Assembly (NCBI GenBank): GCA_000175855.1
Contig: ACYB01000042.1
Coordinates: 60,001 to 92,000 of the forward strand
Length of the DNA: 32,000 nt
Source: Raphidiopsis brookii D9
GTDB lineage: Bacteria; Cyanobacteriota; Cyanobacteriia; Cyanobacteriales; Nostocaceae
Reading direction: 5' to 3'
The notes under the pieces were generated by a model. It was given only the letters and a program-made list of their open reading frames with translations, was not told the DNA's origin and ran no database searches. This document shows, piece after piece, positions 10,041 through 20,895 of the stretch; the stretch's first letter is position 1; each line of letters opens with the position of its first letter. Position numbers and translations under genes: made by a program.

Positions 10041-10310
10041 CTAACCACGAATACCAAGACGTGAAATCAGGGATTGATATTTATCCGAGTTGTTCTTTTG
10101 GATATAATTCAAAAGTCTTTTACGTTCGCCAATCATCTTCAACAGTCCCCTACGAGATGAGTGGTCTTTCTTGTTTGCTTGCAGGTGCTGACTAAGACGA
10201 TTAATTCGTTCAGTGAGCATAGCAATCTGAATATCAGCAGATCCGGTGTCAGTTTCATGTACTTGGAATCCAGAGATTAGTTCTTGTTTGCGCAGTTGCG
10301 TCAGAGCCAT
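10041..10310 (-). CDS. rpsO: 30S ribosomal protein S15
   Basis: 89 aa; DTGSADIQIAMLTERINRLSQHL, KDHSSRRGLLKMIGERKRLLNYI. Confidence 0.97.
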   Translation of the reverse strand: MALTQLRKQELISGFQVHETDTGSADIQIAMLTERINRLSQHLQANKKDHSSRRGLLKMIGERKRLLNYIQKNNSDKYQSLISRLGIRG

Positions 10311-10528
10311 GATTGATTAAACTTTTATTTTTTCAAGTGTATGCATCAGCTACCTATAATATCACAGCAATTAGAGTAATTGCTAGAGGTGCCAAAAGGG
10401 AGAATTTGTCAGCTAGTTACCAGGTAGTCATTTTTACCTAGAATTGGTTCAAATACAGTTACGCTAGATAGCGTACAGATTTAACTTTACTTTAACAAGA
10501 GAGTCTTAATAATTCCTAAGTTTCTAAA

Positions 10529-11863
10529 TCAGACAGCAGAAATATCAATTAACCAACGTACTGTTTGGGGGAAAACAATGACAATCAACAAGACAATTAC
10601 CTGTAACACCATAAAAGGAATGGCACTTTTATGGATATCAAAAGTACTAACTTCTTTAGGTGCAACACTTTGTAGGTAAAACAAAGAAAATCCCACAGGT
10701 GGAGATATAAAGGCCGTTTGTAAATTAATTGCCATCACCACACCAAACCATACCATATCAATATTTAAAGCCCGAGCTGCAGGTACAAATAAAGGCATGG
10801 CAATAAAGCAAATTTCCATGAACTCTAGAAAAACTCCCAGGGCAAAAATTGCCAAATTACTGACAATTAAAAATCCCCAGTAACCTCCAGGTAAACCGGT
10901 CAAAAGTTCAGTAATTAAAGTTTTACCCCCCAGAGCATCAAATACTAAACTAAACATGGATGAAGCGAATAAAATCATCACCACTAAAGCGGTAATAACT
11001 GCTGTAGAGTGGGCGGAATCACGAACTAATTGAGGTGTTAACCGTTTATTGAAAGCGGCTAGTAAAAAACCACCAACAGCACCAACAGCGCCAGCTTCTG
11101 TAGGGGTAGCAATGCCAAAGAAAATACTCCCTAGAACAGCAAAAATCAATAAAATTGCGGGAAGAACACCTTTGATGACTTTTTTGAGTAACTTAGTACC
11201 TGTAAGAATTTCCACATTAGCAGGAATATCCGGAACTTTGTCTGGTTGAAAAAAAGCGATCGCCAGAATATAGAGAATATAAGAACCAGATAACATTAAA
11301 CCTGGAATTAAAGCTCCTAAAAATAAATCTCCTACTGACACACCAATTTGGTCACTGAGAATTACGAGAACTAAACTGGGGGGAATTAGCTGTGCCAAAG
11401 TACCCGATGCAATAATTACTCCAGCAGCTAGTTTCTTATCATAACCATAGCGAATCATCACCGGTAAGGATAACATTCCCATGACAATTACTGTAGCAGC
11501 TACAACTCCTGTAGTTGCTGCTAGAATAGTTCCTACTAAAACAACTGCTAAGGCTAAACCACCTCGTATGCGACTTAATAAAATACCTACAGTTTCTAAC
11601 AATTCCTCGGCTAAACCTGACTTTTCTAAAATAGCACCTAGAAACACAAAAAATGGAATAGCCAGGAGGGTGAAATTGGACATGGTACCAAACCAAATAT
11701 TTGGCAATGATAACAAACGTGCAGGATTAAAAGCTCCCACTGTCATACCAATAATACCAAAAACAACTGCTGTTCCCGCAAAGGAAAAGGCAACCGGGTA
11801 TCCAGTCATTAAAATTAGAAAAAAGCCCAGAAACATCAAAATAGATAACCATTCAAAACCCAT
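10529..11863 (-). CDS. dctM: TRAP transporter large permease subunit (DctM-like)
   Basis: 444-aa polytopic protein with [12 protein letters not shown]-like ([18 protein letters not shown]), [16 protein letters not shown] and [18 protein letters not shown] motifs. Confidence 0.92.
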   Translation of the reverse strand: MGFEWLSILMFLGFFLILMTGYPVAFSFAGTAVVFGIIGMTVGAFNPARLLSLPNIWFGTMSNFTLLAIPFFVFLGAILEKSGLAEELLETVGILLSRIRGGLALAVVLVGTILAATTGVVAATVIVMGMLSLPVMIRYGYDKKLAAGVIIASGTLAQLIPPSLVLVILSDQIGVSVGDLFLGALIPGLMLSGSYILYILAIAFFQPDKVPDIPANVEILTGTKLLKKVIKGVLPAILLIFAVLGSIFFGIATPTEAGAVGAVGGFLLAAFNKRLTPQLVRDSAHSTAVITALVVMILFASSMFSLVFDALGGKTLITELLTGLPGGYWGFLIVSNLAIFALGVFLEFMEICFIAMPLFVPAARALNIDMVWFGVVMAINLQTAFISPPVGFSLFYLQSVAPKEVSTFDIHKSAIPFMVLQVIVLLIVIVFPQTVRWLIDISAV

Positions 11864-11910
11864 AAATCACCTGATAAATTACTAATAGTTTAATAATTGT
11901 TGAAGATTGA

Positions 11911-12564
11911 CTATTCAATTTTAATATTTTCTGAAGTTTCTAGTTGAACTTTTTCTGATACCTGTTCATAGCCTAGAAGTATGGCTAAATATTTAATGGC
12001 TTGGGAAATACCCTGTAAAAGGAGAAACAATAATCCCAAGGGAAGCATAGTTTTAATGGGTGCACGAGGTAAACCATTAGCATCGGAAGAAACTTCCCAA
12101 CTTCCCCAGTTACCATCACTTAATCTCCCCCAGGACTGCAAGACGGGATTAAATGTTACCCAAATACCAATTACACAAAAGGGAATTAAAAATAATACTG
12201 TTCCCCAAAAATCAATCAATGCTCGTTTCCTGTTACTCATATTAGTATACAAAAAATCTACTCGCACATTGTCTCCATGACGTAAAATATAGGCAAAGCC
12301 AAGTAAAAAGGTCATGGAAAATAAATACCATTGTAGTTCTAGAAGAGCGTTCGAAGATAATTGTAGTCCTACAAAGCGTCCTAAATAGCGAGCAACCACG
12401 TTAAAAAAACCCACTCCAATAGTGATTAAAACCAGCCAATTGCAAAACCATCCTAATTTATCCGTATATTTATCAATAAACTCGGAAATCTTTAATAATC
12501 TGCTAACAAATGGCCATTTTCTGGATTCGTGCATCATGATATCACCCACAAATAATTTCCCCAC
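11911..12564 (-). CDS. dctQ: TRAP transporter small permease subunit (DctQ-like)
   Basis: Hydrophobic protein with LELQWYLFSMTFLLGFAYILRHGDNVRVDF, typical DctQ, directly upstream of dctM. True start may be an internal Met. Confidence 0.88.
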   Translation of the reverse strand: MGKLFVGDIMMHESRKWPFVSRLLKISEFIDKYTDKLGWFCNWLVLITIGVGFFNVVARYLGRFVGLQLSSNALLELQWYLFSMTFLLGFAYILRHGDNVRVDFLYTNMSNRKRALIDFWGTVLFLIPFCVIGIWVTFNPVLQSWGRLSDGNWGSWEVSSDANGLPRAPIKTMLPLGLLFLLLQGISQAIKYLAILLGYEQVSEKVQLETSENIKIE

Positions 12565-12737
12565 ACTACAATAAACTACGACTGATAGAAGACATTATGG
12601 AAATTTCGTTATAGTTTGTTATACTTCTTTTTAATTATTCATATTTTTTGCCTAAACAATCTGGTAGAGTGTGGTGGTGTTTTTGCTCAATGCAATGGCA
12701 AATACTTTTTAAAAATTATCCAAGTCAGGTTTTATTT

Positions 12738-13868
12738 ATGAAACGTCGAGACCTTGTTACAAGATTATCTCAAAGTGCCATTGGTGCTACAGGAGTAGCA
12801 ATTGTTGGAGGTTGTCAACAAGCTCAAAACCAACAAGCGGATGGATTTAATACGGATAAACTACCAAGCATCAAGTGGCAAATGGCTACTAGTTGGCCAC
12901 TATCCTTAGAAATAATTTTTGGTGGAGCCCAGGTTTTAGCTGATAGGGTAAAAGCCCTAACTAATGGTAAATTTATCATAGAACCTCGTCCCGCTGGGGA
13001 TATAGCTCCTGGTTTGGAAGTATTGAATGTGGTTTCCCAGGGTGCAGTGCAATCGGGACACACGGGATCCTACTACTATATTGGTAAAACCCCAGCTCTG
13101 GCCTTTGGTACATCAGTACCTTTCGGGTTAAATGCACAACAGCAAAATGCCTGGTTATATGAAGGGGGTGGTTTAGCTAAATTGCAAGAGCTTTACGCCC
13201 GTAAATTCAATGTCATTCAATTCCCCGCTGGTAACACAGGTACACAGATGGGGGGGTGGTTTCGCCGAGAAATCAAAACGACTAACGACCTAAAGGGATT
13301 GAAAATGCGTATTCCCGGTTTAGGTGGTCAGGTAATGGCTAAACTGGGGGTGACAGTACAAAATGTTCCTGGGGGGGAAATATTTCAGGCGTTACAAACT
13401 GGTGCTATTGATGCTGCTGAGTGGGTAGGACCCTACGATGATGAGAAGTTGGGTTTAAATAAGGTTGCTAAGTATTACTATTACCCCGGTTGGTGGGAAC
13501 CGGGTCCAACTTTAGAAGTGCAAATTAATTTAGATGAGTGGAAGAAATTACCACCTCAATATCAAGCAGCTTTAGAAACTGCAGCATATCAGTCCAATTT
13601 AACAATGTTAGCTCGTTACGATGCTAAAAATAATCAGGCATTAGAAAGATTATTAAAGGGTGGTACGGAAGTTCGCGCTTACAGTCAGGAAATTCTGGCG
13701 ATCGCCGAAAAGGAATCGTTTGCTTTATATGATGAATTTGCCGCCAAAGATGCGGATTTCAAGGCGATTTATGACGAATGGAAGCCTTTTAGGGATCGCG
13801 TCTATGCTTGGAACAACCTAAATGAAGGTAGTTTTAGTCGTTATGTTTATAGTAAGCTGAAAGACTAA
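12738..13868 (+). CDS. dctP: TRAP transporter substrate-binding protein (DctP-like)
   Basis: [28 protein letters not shown] (twin-arginine-like/lipoprotein signal), [58 protein letters not shown]. Start moved to 12738 from the ORF-track start 12648. Confidence 0.9.
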   Translation: MKRRDLVTRLSQSAIGATGVAIVGGCQQAQNQQADGFNTDKLPSIKWQMATSWPLSLEIIFGGAQVLADRVKALTNGKFIIEPRPAGDIAPGLEVLNVVSQGAVQSGHTGSYYYIGKTPALAFGTSVPFGLNAQQQNAWLYEGGGLAKLQELYARKFNVIQFPAGNTGTQMGGWFRREIKTTNDLKGLKMRIPGLGGQVMAKLGVTVQNVPGGEIFQALQTGAIDAAEWVGPYDDEKLGLNKVAKYYYYPGWWEPGPTLEVQINLDEWKKLPPQYQAALETAAYQSNLTMLARYDAKNNQALERLLKGGTEVRAYSQEILAIAEKESFALYDEFAAKDADFKAIYDEWKPFRDRVYAWNNLNEGSFSRYVYSKLKD

Positions 13869-13870
13869 TT

Positions 13871-13993
13871 GGTTTTAAAATCCCCATGATATTTTCTTTC
13901 ATCTTCGGGTAGGTTTGCCAGAAACTATGATAGGATTATGGTTTCTGGCTCACCAGAATTGACCGATGGGATGGTTAATCAATTATAATCGTT
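13871..13993. repeat. Long direct repeat, copy A (~123 bp)
   Basis: ggttttaaaatccccatgatattttctttcatcttcgggtaggtttgccagaaactatgataggattatggtttctggctcaccagaattgaccgatgggatggttaatcaattataatcgtt. Matches copy B at 15396..15518 with about 3 mismatches, constant offset 1525. Confidence 0.95.
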
Positions 13994-14113
13994 GACACCG
14001 TAATACCGTTCCCATCTGGGAGAGTTGTTCTAAGTAATTTTGGCGATCGCCTGCCAAAAATTCTTCCACCTATCATGCATTATTATAAATAATCCCGTGC
14101 AGATGCAACGCCC

Positions 14114-15139
14114 CTATATCGCTGCATCAGTTCTGCTTATTGATACGTCAGCGTCATTTAATCCGAATTGGATATTTTTGATTCCGACTATCACACCTCC
14201 AATAATCATGATGATACCAAACAATTCCAAAACAGAAGGTAATCGAGAATCATATATATACACATAAGTAAGAGCAAAAATGGGGTCCATAACAAGCAAT
14301 TGTCCTGCCATAGAAACTGTTAGTAAAGACGAGGCTTTATTCCACATTATGGTTCCACCCCAAGAGACTGCTACTCCAAGAATTAGACTACTAATAAGGA
14401 ATAAGAAAAAGTTATTATCAAATTCGCCAAGTTTAACATAGCGAGAAAGATTAGCTATCGTATCATTTTTAACTATCGTCATCATCAATAGAATAAATAA
14501 TGATTGTATCAGTGTGTTAACGCCAATTAATGTTGACCAAGTTGATGAAAGAATATGTGGATTATTTTTTAAAAAAATAGAGTTAGCAACGCAATACCAA
14601 GTCCAAATAATTAGTGAAGCTAAAGCAGACAATGACCCTAGAAATGGATGCTGCATCATCAAATATTCTGAGTCTTGACCTCTACCAAAATTGAGGGCAT
14701 GGATGATAAAAATACCTGAAATAATCATTAAAATTGATGGTAATAATTTCGAGAAAGGATATTCACGTTGTATCCAATTTCCGTAAAGAGAAACTGTTAT
14801 GGGTAAACTTCCAATGATCAAAGACGTAATCTCTGCATTAGCATACCTGACACCACAAACGAGGAAAAAGTAGTGACCAATATTAGCTGCAAATGCAAAA
14901 ATAAAAGTGGTATACCAAATTTTAAAGCTATAGATCCAAGAATGTTTGAGTTCAAATAGTAAAAATACTATTAATGATATTATTCCGTAAAATAAATATC
15001 GACCTAGTGTAATTTCAATTGAGGTAAAAGAGGATAAAATCTTTGGAATTGAAAAAGCTAAACCCCAAAGTAGATTAGCACCAACAGCAAAAATAAATCC
15101 GGACCAAAATGTTGATTTTGTTTCATTAACTAAGGACAT
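14114..15139 (-). CDS. DMT-superfamily (EamA-type) permease
   Basis: 341-aa polytopic protein with two EamA-like halves (FAVGANLLWGLAFSIPKILSSFTSIEITLGRYLFYG; GVRYANAEITSLIIGSLPITVSLYG; VSWGGTIMWNKASSLLTVSMAGQLLVMDPIFALTYVYIY). Confidence 0.85.
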   Translation of the reverse strand: MSLVNETKSTFWSGFIFAVGANLLWGLAFSIPKILSSFTSIEITLGRYLFYGIISLIVFLLFELKHSWIYSFKIWYTTFIFAFAANIGHYFFLVCGVRYANAEITSLIIGSLPITVSLYGNWIQREYPFSKLLPSILMIISGIFIIHALNFGRGQDSEYLMMQHPFLGSLSALASLIIWTWYCVANSIFLKNNPHILSSTWSTLIGVNTLIQSLFILLMMTIVKNDTIANLSRYVKLGEFDNNFFLFLISSLILGVAVSWGGTIMWNKASSLLTVSMAGQLLVMDPIFALTYVYIYDSRLPSVLELFGIIMIIGGVIVGIKNIQFGLNDADVSISRTDAAI

Positions 15140-15395
15140 TAACTTTTACCTTTAAGATGGAGTGAACATGGAGAATTAAACTTAAGAATACCTTAGCCAA
15201 AAAAAGGTATGGAAAGGTAGGTATGATATTTTTACTCTATCACTAATATGTCAATATGTCTATGTCCGTGAAATGTTAAAAATGCTTCCGGAACAACCAG
15301 AGCCTATTTGATTAAGGCGGATTTTTGCCAAACTTACTTCTCTTGGTCGCATTCACAATGGTTCTACAGCCGTTTTACCCTCGTAATTTGGCTAA

Positions 15396-15518
15396 GGTTT
15401 TAAAATCTCCATGATATTTTCTTTCATCTTCGGGTAGCTTGGCCAGAAACTATGATAGGATTATGGTTTCTGGCTCACCAGAATTGACCGATGGGATGGT
15501 TAATCAATTATAATCGTT
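15396..15518. repeat. Long direct repeat, copy B (~123 bp), immediately upstream of leuS
   Basis: ggttttaaaatctccatgatattttctttcatcttcgggtagcttggccagaaactatgataggattatggtttctggctcaccagaattgaccgatgggatggttaatcaattataatcgtt. Direct match to copy A. Confidence 0.95.
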
Positions 15519-15594
15519 TTGATTAGCTGTAAAATTGCACAAGTCTGGATTATGCCACAATAGCGAAACCGGAAAAATATTAGGAGTTTGACTT

Positions 15595-18174
15595 GTGGAA
15601 TCCCATTCCAAAACATTATACAACCCAGCAACAATCGAAGAAAAATGGCAACAGGTGTGGTCAGAACTAGACTTGGATAAAACACCCCAAGACAAAAACC
15701 AGCCCAAATTCTATGCCCTTTCTATGTTCCCCTACCCCTCCGGTAGTCTACACATGGGACATGTCCGCAACTACACAATTACAGATGTCATCGCTCGTCT
15801 AAAAAGAATGCAAGGGTATCGTGTATTACATCCAATGGGTTGGGATGCCTTTGGACTACCAGCAGAAAATGCTGCCATTGATAGGGGTGTTCCCCCAGCG
15901 AAATGGACATATCAAAATATCAACCAGATGCGACAACAATTACAGCGTCTGGGTTTATCCTTAGACTGGGAAGCTGAAGTTGCTACTTGCTCACCCGATT
16001 ATTATCGCTGGACACAATGGATTTTTCTGCAATTTTTGGCAGCTGGTTTAGCCTATCAAAAAGAGGCGGCTGTTAATTGGGATCCCATTGACCAAACCGT
16101 ATTAGCTAACGAACAGGTAGACAGTGAAGGACGTTCCTGGCGCAGCGGAGCCATAGTAGAACGAAAAATGTTACGTCAATGGTTTTTAAAAATAACTGAC
16201 TATGCTGAAGAACTATTAAATGACTTGGATCAGCTATCTGGTTGGCCAGAACGGGTAAAAATCATGCAGGCTAACTGGATTGGCAAATCTACGGGTGCAT
16301 ACCTGGAATTTCCCGTTGTTGGATCCCAGGAAAAAATCGGTGTTTATACTACCCGTCCCGATACCGTTTACGGGGTAAGCTATGTTGTTTTAGCCCCCGA
16401 ACACCCATTAACACAAATCGTAACCACTTCTGGACAAAAAGCAGCAGTAAAAGCCTTTATCAAAGAAGTAAGTAGTCAAAGTGAGTTAGAAAGGACAGCA
16501 GAGGATAAACCAAAGCGGGGTATTCCCACTGGGGGAAAAGTAATCAACCCCTTCACTCAACAGGAAGTACCCATCTGGATTGCGGATTATGTACTTTACG
16601 AATATGGTACTGGTGCAGTCATGGGTGTACCTGCTCATGATGGGCGGGATTTCAAATTTGCCCAGGAGCAGAATTTAGAAATTAAAGTAGTAATTGTACC
16701 GGAAGTTGGTGACCCAGAAACTTTAACTAAGGCTTATACAGAATCAGGGGTTTTAGTTAACTCCAGTCAGTTTAATGGCATGAATTCAGTAGATGGCAAA
16801 AAAGCAATTATTGAATATGCTCAAGAGCAGGGTTTTGGTAAAGAAAAAATCCAATATCGGTTGCGAGATTGGTTAATTTCCCGTCAACGTTATTGGGGTG
16901 CACCGATTCCAGTTATTCATTGTCCTGAATGTGGTATCGTTCCAGTGCCAGAAGCGGATTTACCCGTAGAACTACCAGAAGAAGTGGAATTTACCGGTCG
17001 TGGTGGATCGCCCTTAGCTCAGTTAGAAAGTTGGGTAAATGTTCCTTGTCCTAGTTGTGGTACTCCAGCCAAAAGAGAGACCGATACTATGGATACTTTT
17101 ATAGATTCTTCTTGGTATTTCTTACGTTATACTGATGCCAAAAATCAACAACAGATTTTTGATAACAGCAAAGTAAATGATTGGATGCCAGTGGATCAAT
17201 ATGTGGGTGGAATTGAACATGCAATTTTGCATTTATTGTATTCTCGTTTCTTCACCAAAGTGTTAAGAGATAGGGGATTATTGAATTTTAATGAACCATT
17301 TCAAAAACTACTAACCCAGGGAATGGTGCAGGGTTTAACATATATGAACCCCAACAAAAATGGCAAGGATAAATGGGTTCCCTCCCATTTAGTTGATCCT
17401 ACTAATCCTGTGGATCCCCACACAGGAGAACCATTGCAACGCCTATATGCAACCATGTCTAAATCGAAAGGCAATGGGGTAGCACCAGAAGACGTAATTG
17501 CTAAGTATGGGGTTGACACAGCGCGAATGTTTATTTTATTTAAAGCCCCACCAGGGAAAGATCTAGAATGGGATGAAGCCGATGTTGAAGGACAATTTCG
17601 ATTTTTAAACCGTGTTTGGCGATTGGTGAATGATTATGCTAATATGGGGGTCTGTGGAAAAAAAGTTGATTTAGAGAAATTGACAAGAGAGGAGAAAGAT
17701 TTAAGAAGAGCAGTCCACTCAGGTATTAAAGCAATTACAGAGGATGTGGAAGATGAATATCAGTTTAACACGGCAATTTCAGAACTGATGAAACTGAGTA
17801 ATGCTTTGAGTGATGCCAAATGTCACAATTCCCCAGTCTATGCAGAAGGGATTAAAACTTTAGTGATTATGTTAGCTCCTTTTGCACCCCATATTGCTGA
17901 TGAGTTATGGAATTTGCTAGGGAATAAAAGTTCAGTACATCAGCAAGGTTGGCCAGGTTTTGACCCAGCAGCTTTGATAGCTGATGAAATTACCCTAGTA
18001 ATTCAAATTATGGGTAAAACCCGTGGTGCAATTCAAGTTCCTTCCCAAATAGATAAGATGGCTTTGGAAAAATATGCGCGGGAATCGGAGGTGGCAAAAC
18101 GTTATATTGAGGGAAAGGAAATCAAAAAGGTCATTGTTGTTCCCGGTAAGCTGGTGAATTTTGTCCTAGGTTAG
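15595..18174 (+). CDS. leuS: Leucyl-tRNA synthetase
   Basis: [65 protein letters not shown]; full length 859 aa with GTG start. Confidence 0.96.
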   Translation: MESHSKTLYNPATIEEKWQQVWSELDLDKTPQDKNQPKFYALSMFPYPSGSLHMGHVRNYTITDVIARLKRMQGYRVLHPMGWDAFGLPAENAAIDRGVPPAKWTYQNINQMRQQLQRLGLSLDWEAEVATCSPDYYRWTQWIFLQFLAAGLAYQKEAAVNWDPIDQTVLANEQVDSEGRSWRSGAIVERKMLRQWFLKITDYAEELLNDLDQLSGWPERVKIMQANWIGKSTGAYLEFPVVGSQEKIGVYTTRPDTVYGVSYVVLAPEHPLTQIVTTSGQKAAVKAFIKEVSSQSELERTAEDKPKRGIPTGGKVINPFTQQEVPIWIADYVLYEYGTGAVMGVPAHDGRDFKFAQEQNLEIKVVIVPEVGDPETLTKAYTESGVLVNSSQFNGMNSVDGKKAIIEYAQEQGFGKEKIQYRLRDWLISRQRYWGAPIPVIHCPECGIVPVPEADLPVELPEEVEFTGRGGSPLAQLESWVNVPCPSCGTPAKRETDTMDTFIDSSWYFLRYTDAKNQQQIFDNSKVNDWMPVDQYVGGIEHAILHLLYSRFFTKVLRDRGLLNFNEPFQKLLTQGMVQGLTYMNPNKNGKDKWVPSHLVDPTNPVDPHTGEPLQRLYATMSKSKGNGVAPEDVIAKYGVDTARMFILFKAPPGKDLEWDEADVEGQFRFLNRVWRLVNDYANMGVCGKKVDLEKLTREEKDLRRAVHSGIKAITEDVEDEYQFNTAISELMKLSNALSDAKCHNSPVYAEGIKTLVIMLAPFAPHIADELWNLLGNKSSVHQQGWPGFDPAALIADEITLVIQIMGKTRGAIQVPSQIDKMALEKYARESEVAKRYIEGKEIKKVIVVPGKLVNFVLG

Positions 18175-18336
18175 TGGTTTATTTCTCTCCAGAACGAATA
18201 CCTCCTAGGTAATAGTCATTAGTTATTAGATTGTAACTTTGGCATTATGAATTTGGGCGCTAACTTTCTTATAAATAAACTACAGGTACATAACACCTTT
18301 TGACCGTCTAGTTCGTCATGAACACTGGAGTATCTT

Positions 18337-18546
18337 ATGTTAGAACTGTTAGAACCAAATACCCTATCCCATATTCTACCAGAGTTGTCTGTGGAAGAAC
18401 AACAAGTGATTTCTGGTGGTGGACATTGGACACAATTGTCCCACCATGGTCATTACCGTCCGTGGTATCGTCATGATCGCAGAGTGTATTATTACAATTC
18501 TTCCTGCAATAATAACTGTGAATGTGATGACAGATGCTGCGACTAG
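18337..18546 (+). CDS. Small double-glycine leader peptide, candidate RiPP/bacteriocin-like precursor
   Basis: 69 aa: MLELLEPNTLSHILPELSVEEQQVISGG | GHWTQLSHHGHYRPWYRHDRRVYYYNSSCNNNCECDDRCCD. Leader has an ELSxEExxxxxGG-type cleavage motif; a GGAG ribosome-binding-like sequence lies just upstream of ATG. Confidence 0.7.
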   Translation: MLELLEPNTLSHILPELSVEEQQVISGGGHWTQLSHHGHYRPWYRHDRRVYYYNSSCNNNCECDDRCCD

Positions 18547-19434
18547 TCAAACTGAGTAACTATGGATCCACTCTTGTAAAAGAGAGTTCACTAGCTCGGG
18601 AGCTTCATCCTGGGGACAATGTCCCACTCCTTCTAGAGGAATAAATTTTTGCACCTGGGGGAAATTGGCCAACCCCCTACCTAGATCAATTGGTTCCCAC
18701 GGGTCAGCTGTTCCCCATAAAATGATTGCCTGACAAGGTAATATAGGTAACAAGTCCTCTGGTAACGGTCCGCTGGAATAGTTGGTGAAGGCTAGGAATA
18801 CAGCAGCAGCACCGGGATCTCTTGCTGGTTCCATCAAAATATCTATTAATTCATCCGTAACTGCTTCTTTAATATTATAGGCTTGTAAAAGAATTTTTTT
18901 GACGGTTTTTGGTTGAGCTAGTTGACTAAAAAAGAAGTTACCAATAGATTTAATAGATAAAAGTTTTTGTAACAGGGGGGTTCCTACCCGCTTAATCCAG
19001 GGTAAATTTTGCCGTTTGCGATCATGTAACAATCTCAGGGAACAATTTAGTAAAGCAATTGCTAAAGCTATGTCTGGATTGCTAACGGCTGCTTGCATTG
19101 CCACAATACAACCAATAGAGTTACCAACTAAAAATGCGGGCTTACCTACTACTTGTTGGCAAAAGTCCACTATTTGATTTCCCCAAGTTTCTAGGGTGTA
19201 AGTGATTTTTTCATTGGGTTGGGGTTTAGCGGAAGCTCCAAAACCAATTAAATCAATGGCGTACACCTGACAAGTTTCAGCGAGGATAGGTATGTTTTTG
19301 CGCCAGTGTCCCCAAGAAGCACCAAATCCATGTACTAAAATTACCGCTGGTCCCTTAGTCCCTTGCATTTGATAGGATATGGGTAGTCCCTGCCAAAACC
19401 AAGTTTTTGTGGATGTCAATGTGGTAGAATTCAT
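18547..19434 (-). CDS. Alpha/beta fold hydrolase
   Basis: VILVHGFGASWGHWRKNIPIL, nucleophile elbow LVGNSIGCIVAM, GVGHCPQDEAPELVNSLL. Confidence 0.9.
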   Translation of the reverse strand: MNSTTLTSTKTWFWQGLPISYQMQGTKGPAVILVHGFGASWGHWRKNIPILAETCQVYAIDLIGFGASAKPQPNEKITYTLETWGNQIVDFCQQVVGKPAFLVGNSIGCIVAMQAAVSNPDIALAIALLNCSLRLLHDRKRQNLPWIKRVGTPLLQKLLSIKSIGNFFFSQLAQPKTVKKILLQAYNIKEAVTDELIDILMEPARDPGAAAVFLAFTNYSSGPLPEDLLPILPCQAIILWGTADPWEPIDLGRGLANFPQVQKFIPLEGVGHCPQDEAPELVNSLLQEWIHSYSV

Positions 19435-19571
19435 AAACTATAAAATTGTAAACTATAAATGCAAAAATAACAATAAGTTACAAAAATCAATTTAGGACTA
19501 GACACAGATTGCCACTCTACTGCTATCTTAAATTGGAGGCAATTGCAACTTATTTCATAAAGCGTAACTTC

Positions 19572-20300
19572 ATGGGAACGAATTACCAACGGGTTTTACT
19601 GAAACTGAGCGGTGAGGCCTTAATGGGCAACTTGGGCTATGGCATTGATCCAGAAGTAGTCAAGGGAATAGCTCAAGAATTAGCAGAGGTGGTGGCCACT
19701 GGTGTTCAAGTCGCTATCGTAGTTGGTGGTGGGAACATTTTTAGGGGCGTTAAAGCAGCATCAGCAGGTATGGACAGGGCAACTGCTGATTATATAGGAA
19801 TGATTGCCACAGTAATGAATGCCATGACTCTACAGGACTCGCTAGAGAGGATAGGAGTACAAACCAGAGTACAAACTGCGATCGCCATGCAAGAGGTAGC
19901 TGAACCATATATCCGCCGTCGTGCCATCCGTCATTTAGAAAAAGGACGAGTGGTAATTTTTGGTGCGGGTTCAGGTAATCCTTTTTTTACCACAGACACC
20001 ACTGCTGCTTTAAGAGCAGCGGAAATCGAAGCAAATGTGATTTTTAAGGCTACCAAGGTAGATGGTATCTACAATGCAGACCCTAAAGTTCATTCCAATG
20101 CCAAACGCTATAAAACCCTCACTTATGGTCACGTATTGGCGGAGGATTTACGAGTCATGGATAGTACCGCAATTGCCCTATGTAAAGAAAACAACATTCC
20201 GATTCTTGTCTTTGACTTAACGGTACGGGGAAATATCCGTCGCGCAGTCATGGGAGAATCTATTGGTACTCTTGTGGGAGGTTCTTGTGAAATTAGCTGA
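19572..20300 (+). CDS. pyrH: Uridylate (UMP) kinase
   Basis: [57 protein letters not shown]. Start set at internal Met22 of the ORF-track entry (242 aa). Confidence 0.95.
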   Translation: MGTNYQRVLLKLSGEALMGNLGYGIDPEVVKGIAQELAEVVATGVQVAIVVGGGNIFRGVKAASAGMDRATADYIGMIATVMNAMTLQDSLERIGVQTRVQTAIAMQEVAEPYIRRRAIRHLEKGRVVIFGAGSGNPFFTTDTTAALRAAEIEANVIFKATKVDGIYNADPKVHSNAKRYKTLTYGHVLAEDLRVMDSTAIALCKENNIPILVFDLTVRGNIRRAVMGESIGTLVGGSCEIS

Positions 20301-20835
20301 AGCTGAAAGTACGATGAATAAAACCGTTGAAGCTACGCAAAGAGCTTTCAACAGCATTCGCACCGGTCGTGCCAATGCTAGTTTGCTAGATAAAGTACAA
20401 GTCGACTATTATGGGTCTCCTACCCCCCTTAAATCCCTGTCCAACATTACTACACCGGACGCATCAACTATTTTAATCCAACCATACGACAGGAGTAGTT
20501 TGAATATAGTGGAAAAGGCTATCTCCTTATCTGATGTAGGTCTAACCCCTAGTAATGATGGTTCTGTGGTTCGCCTAAACATACCACCTTTAACATCTGA
20601 CCGCCGTAAAGAACTAGTTAAACTGGCTGCCAAGTATGCTGAGGAAGGTCGGGTAGGAATTCGCAATATTCGACGTGATGCTCTGGACTCAATCCGCAAG
20701 CAGGAAAAAGCCGGGGAGATTTCAGAAGATGAATCCCGGGATCAGCAGGACAAATTGCAAAAGATCACCGGCAAATATACTGCGAAAATTGATGAATTAC
20801 TTGCAGAAAAGGAGAAAGATATTACCACAGTGTAG
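20287..20835 (+). CDS. frr: Ribosome recycling factor
   Basis: [83 protein letters not shown] start at 20287 gives 182 aa and a 14-nt overlap with pyrH. Confidence 0.94.
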   Translation: MKLAEAESTMNKTVEATQRAFNSIRTGRANASLLDKVQVDYYGSPTPLKSLSNITTPDASTILIQPYDRSSLNIVEKAISLSDVGLTPSNDGSVVRLNIPPLTSDRRKELVKLAAKYAEEGRVGIRNIRRDALDSIRKQEKAGEISEDESRDQQDKLQKITGKYTAKIDELLAEKEKDITTV

Positions 20836-20869
20836 ACGGATGTGGGTGGGGGTAGAGATTTCTAAAAAC

Positions 20870-20892
20870 CCCATAGCCCCCACTTCTATGGG
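20870..20892. terminator. Possible bidirectional terminator between frr and cyAbrB
   Basis: CCCATAG-N9-CTATGGG inverted repeat followed by aatttatt, at the convergent junction. It overlaps the first bases near the opposite gene's stop, so this is tentative. Confidence 0.35.
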
Positions 20893-20895
20893 AAT

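Noticed and set aside
11049-12280. Opposite-strand ORFs across dctM/dctQ (11049..11249, 11481..11885, 11981..12280)
   Set aside because: Antisense shadows of conserved TRAP permease genes with low-complexity Lys/Pro-rich translations.
13871-15518. Insertion sequence or transposon
   Set aside because: No transposase ORF, no evident terminal inverted repeats, and direct repeats of ~123 bp are far longer than target-site duplications.
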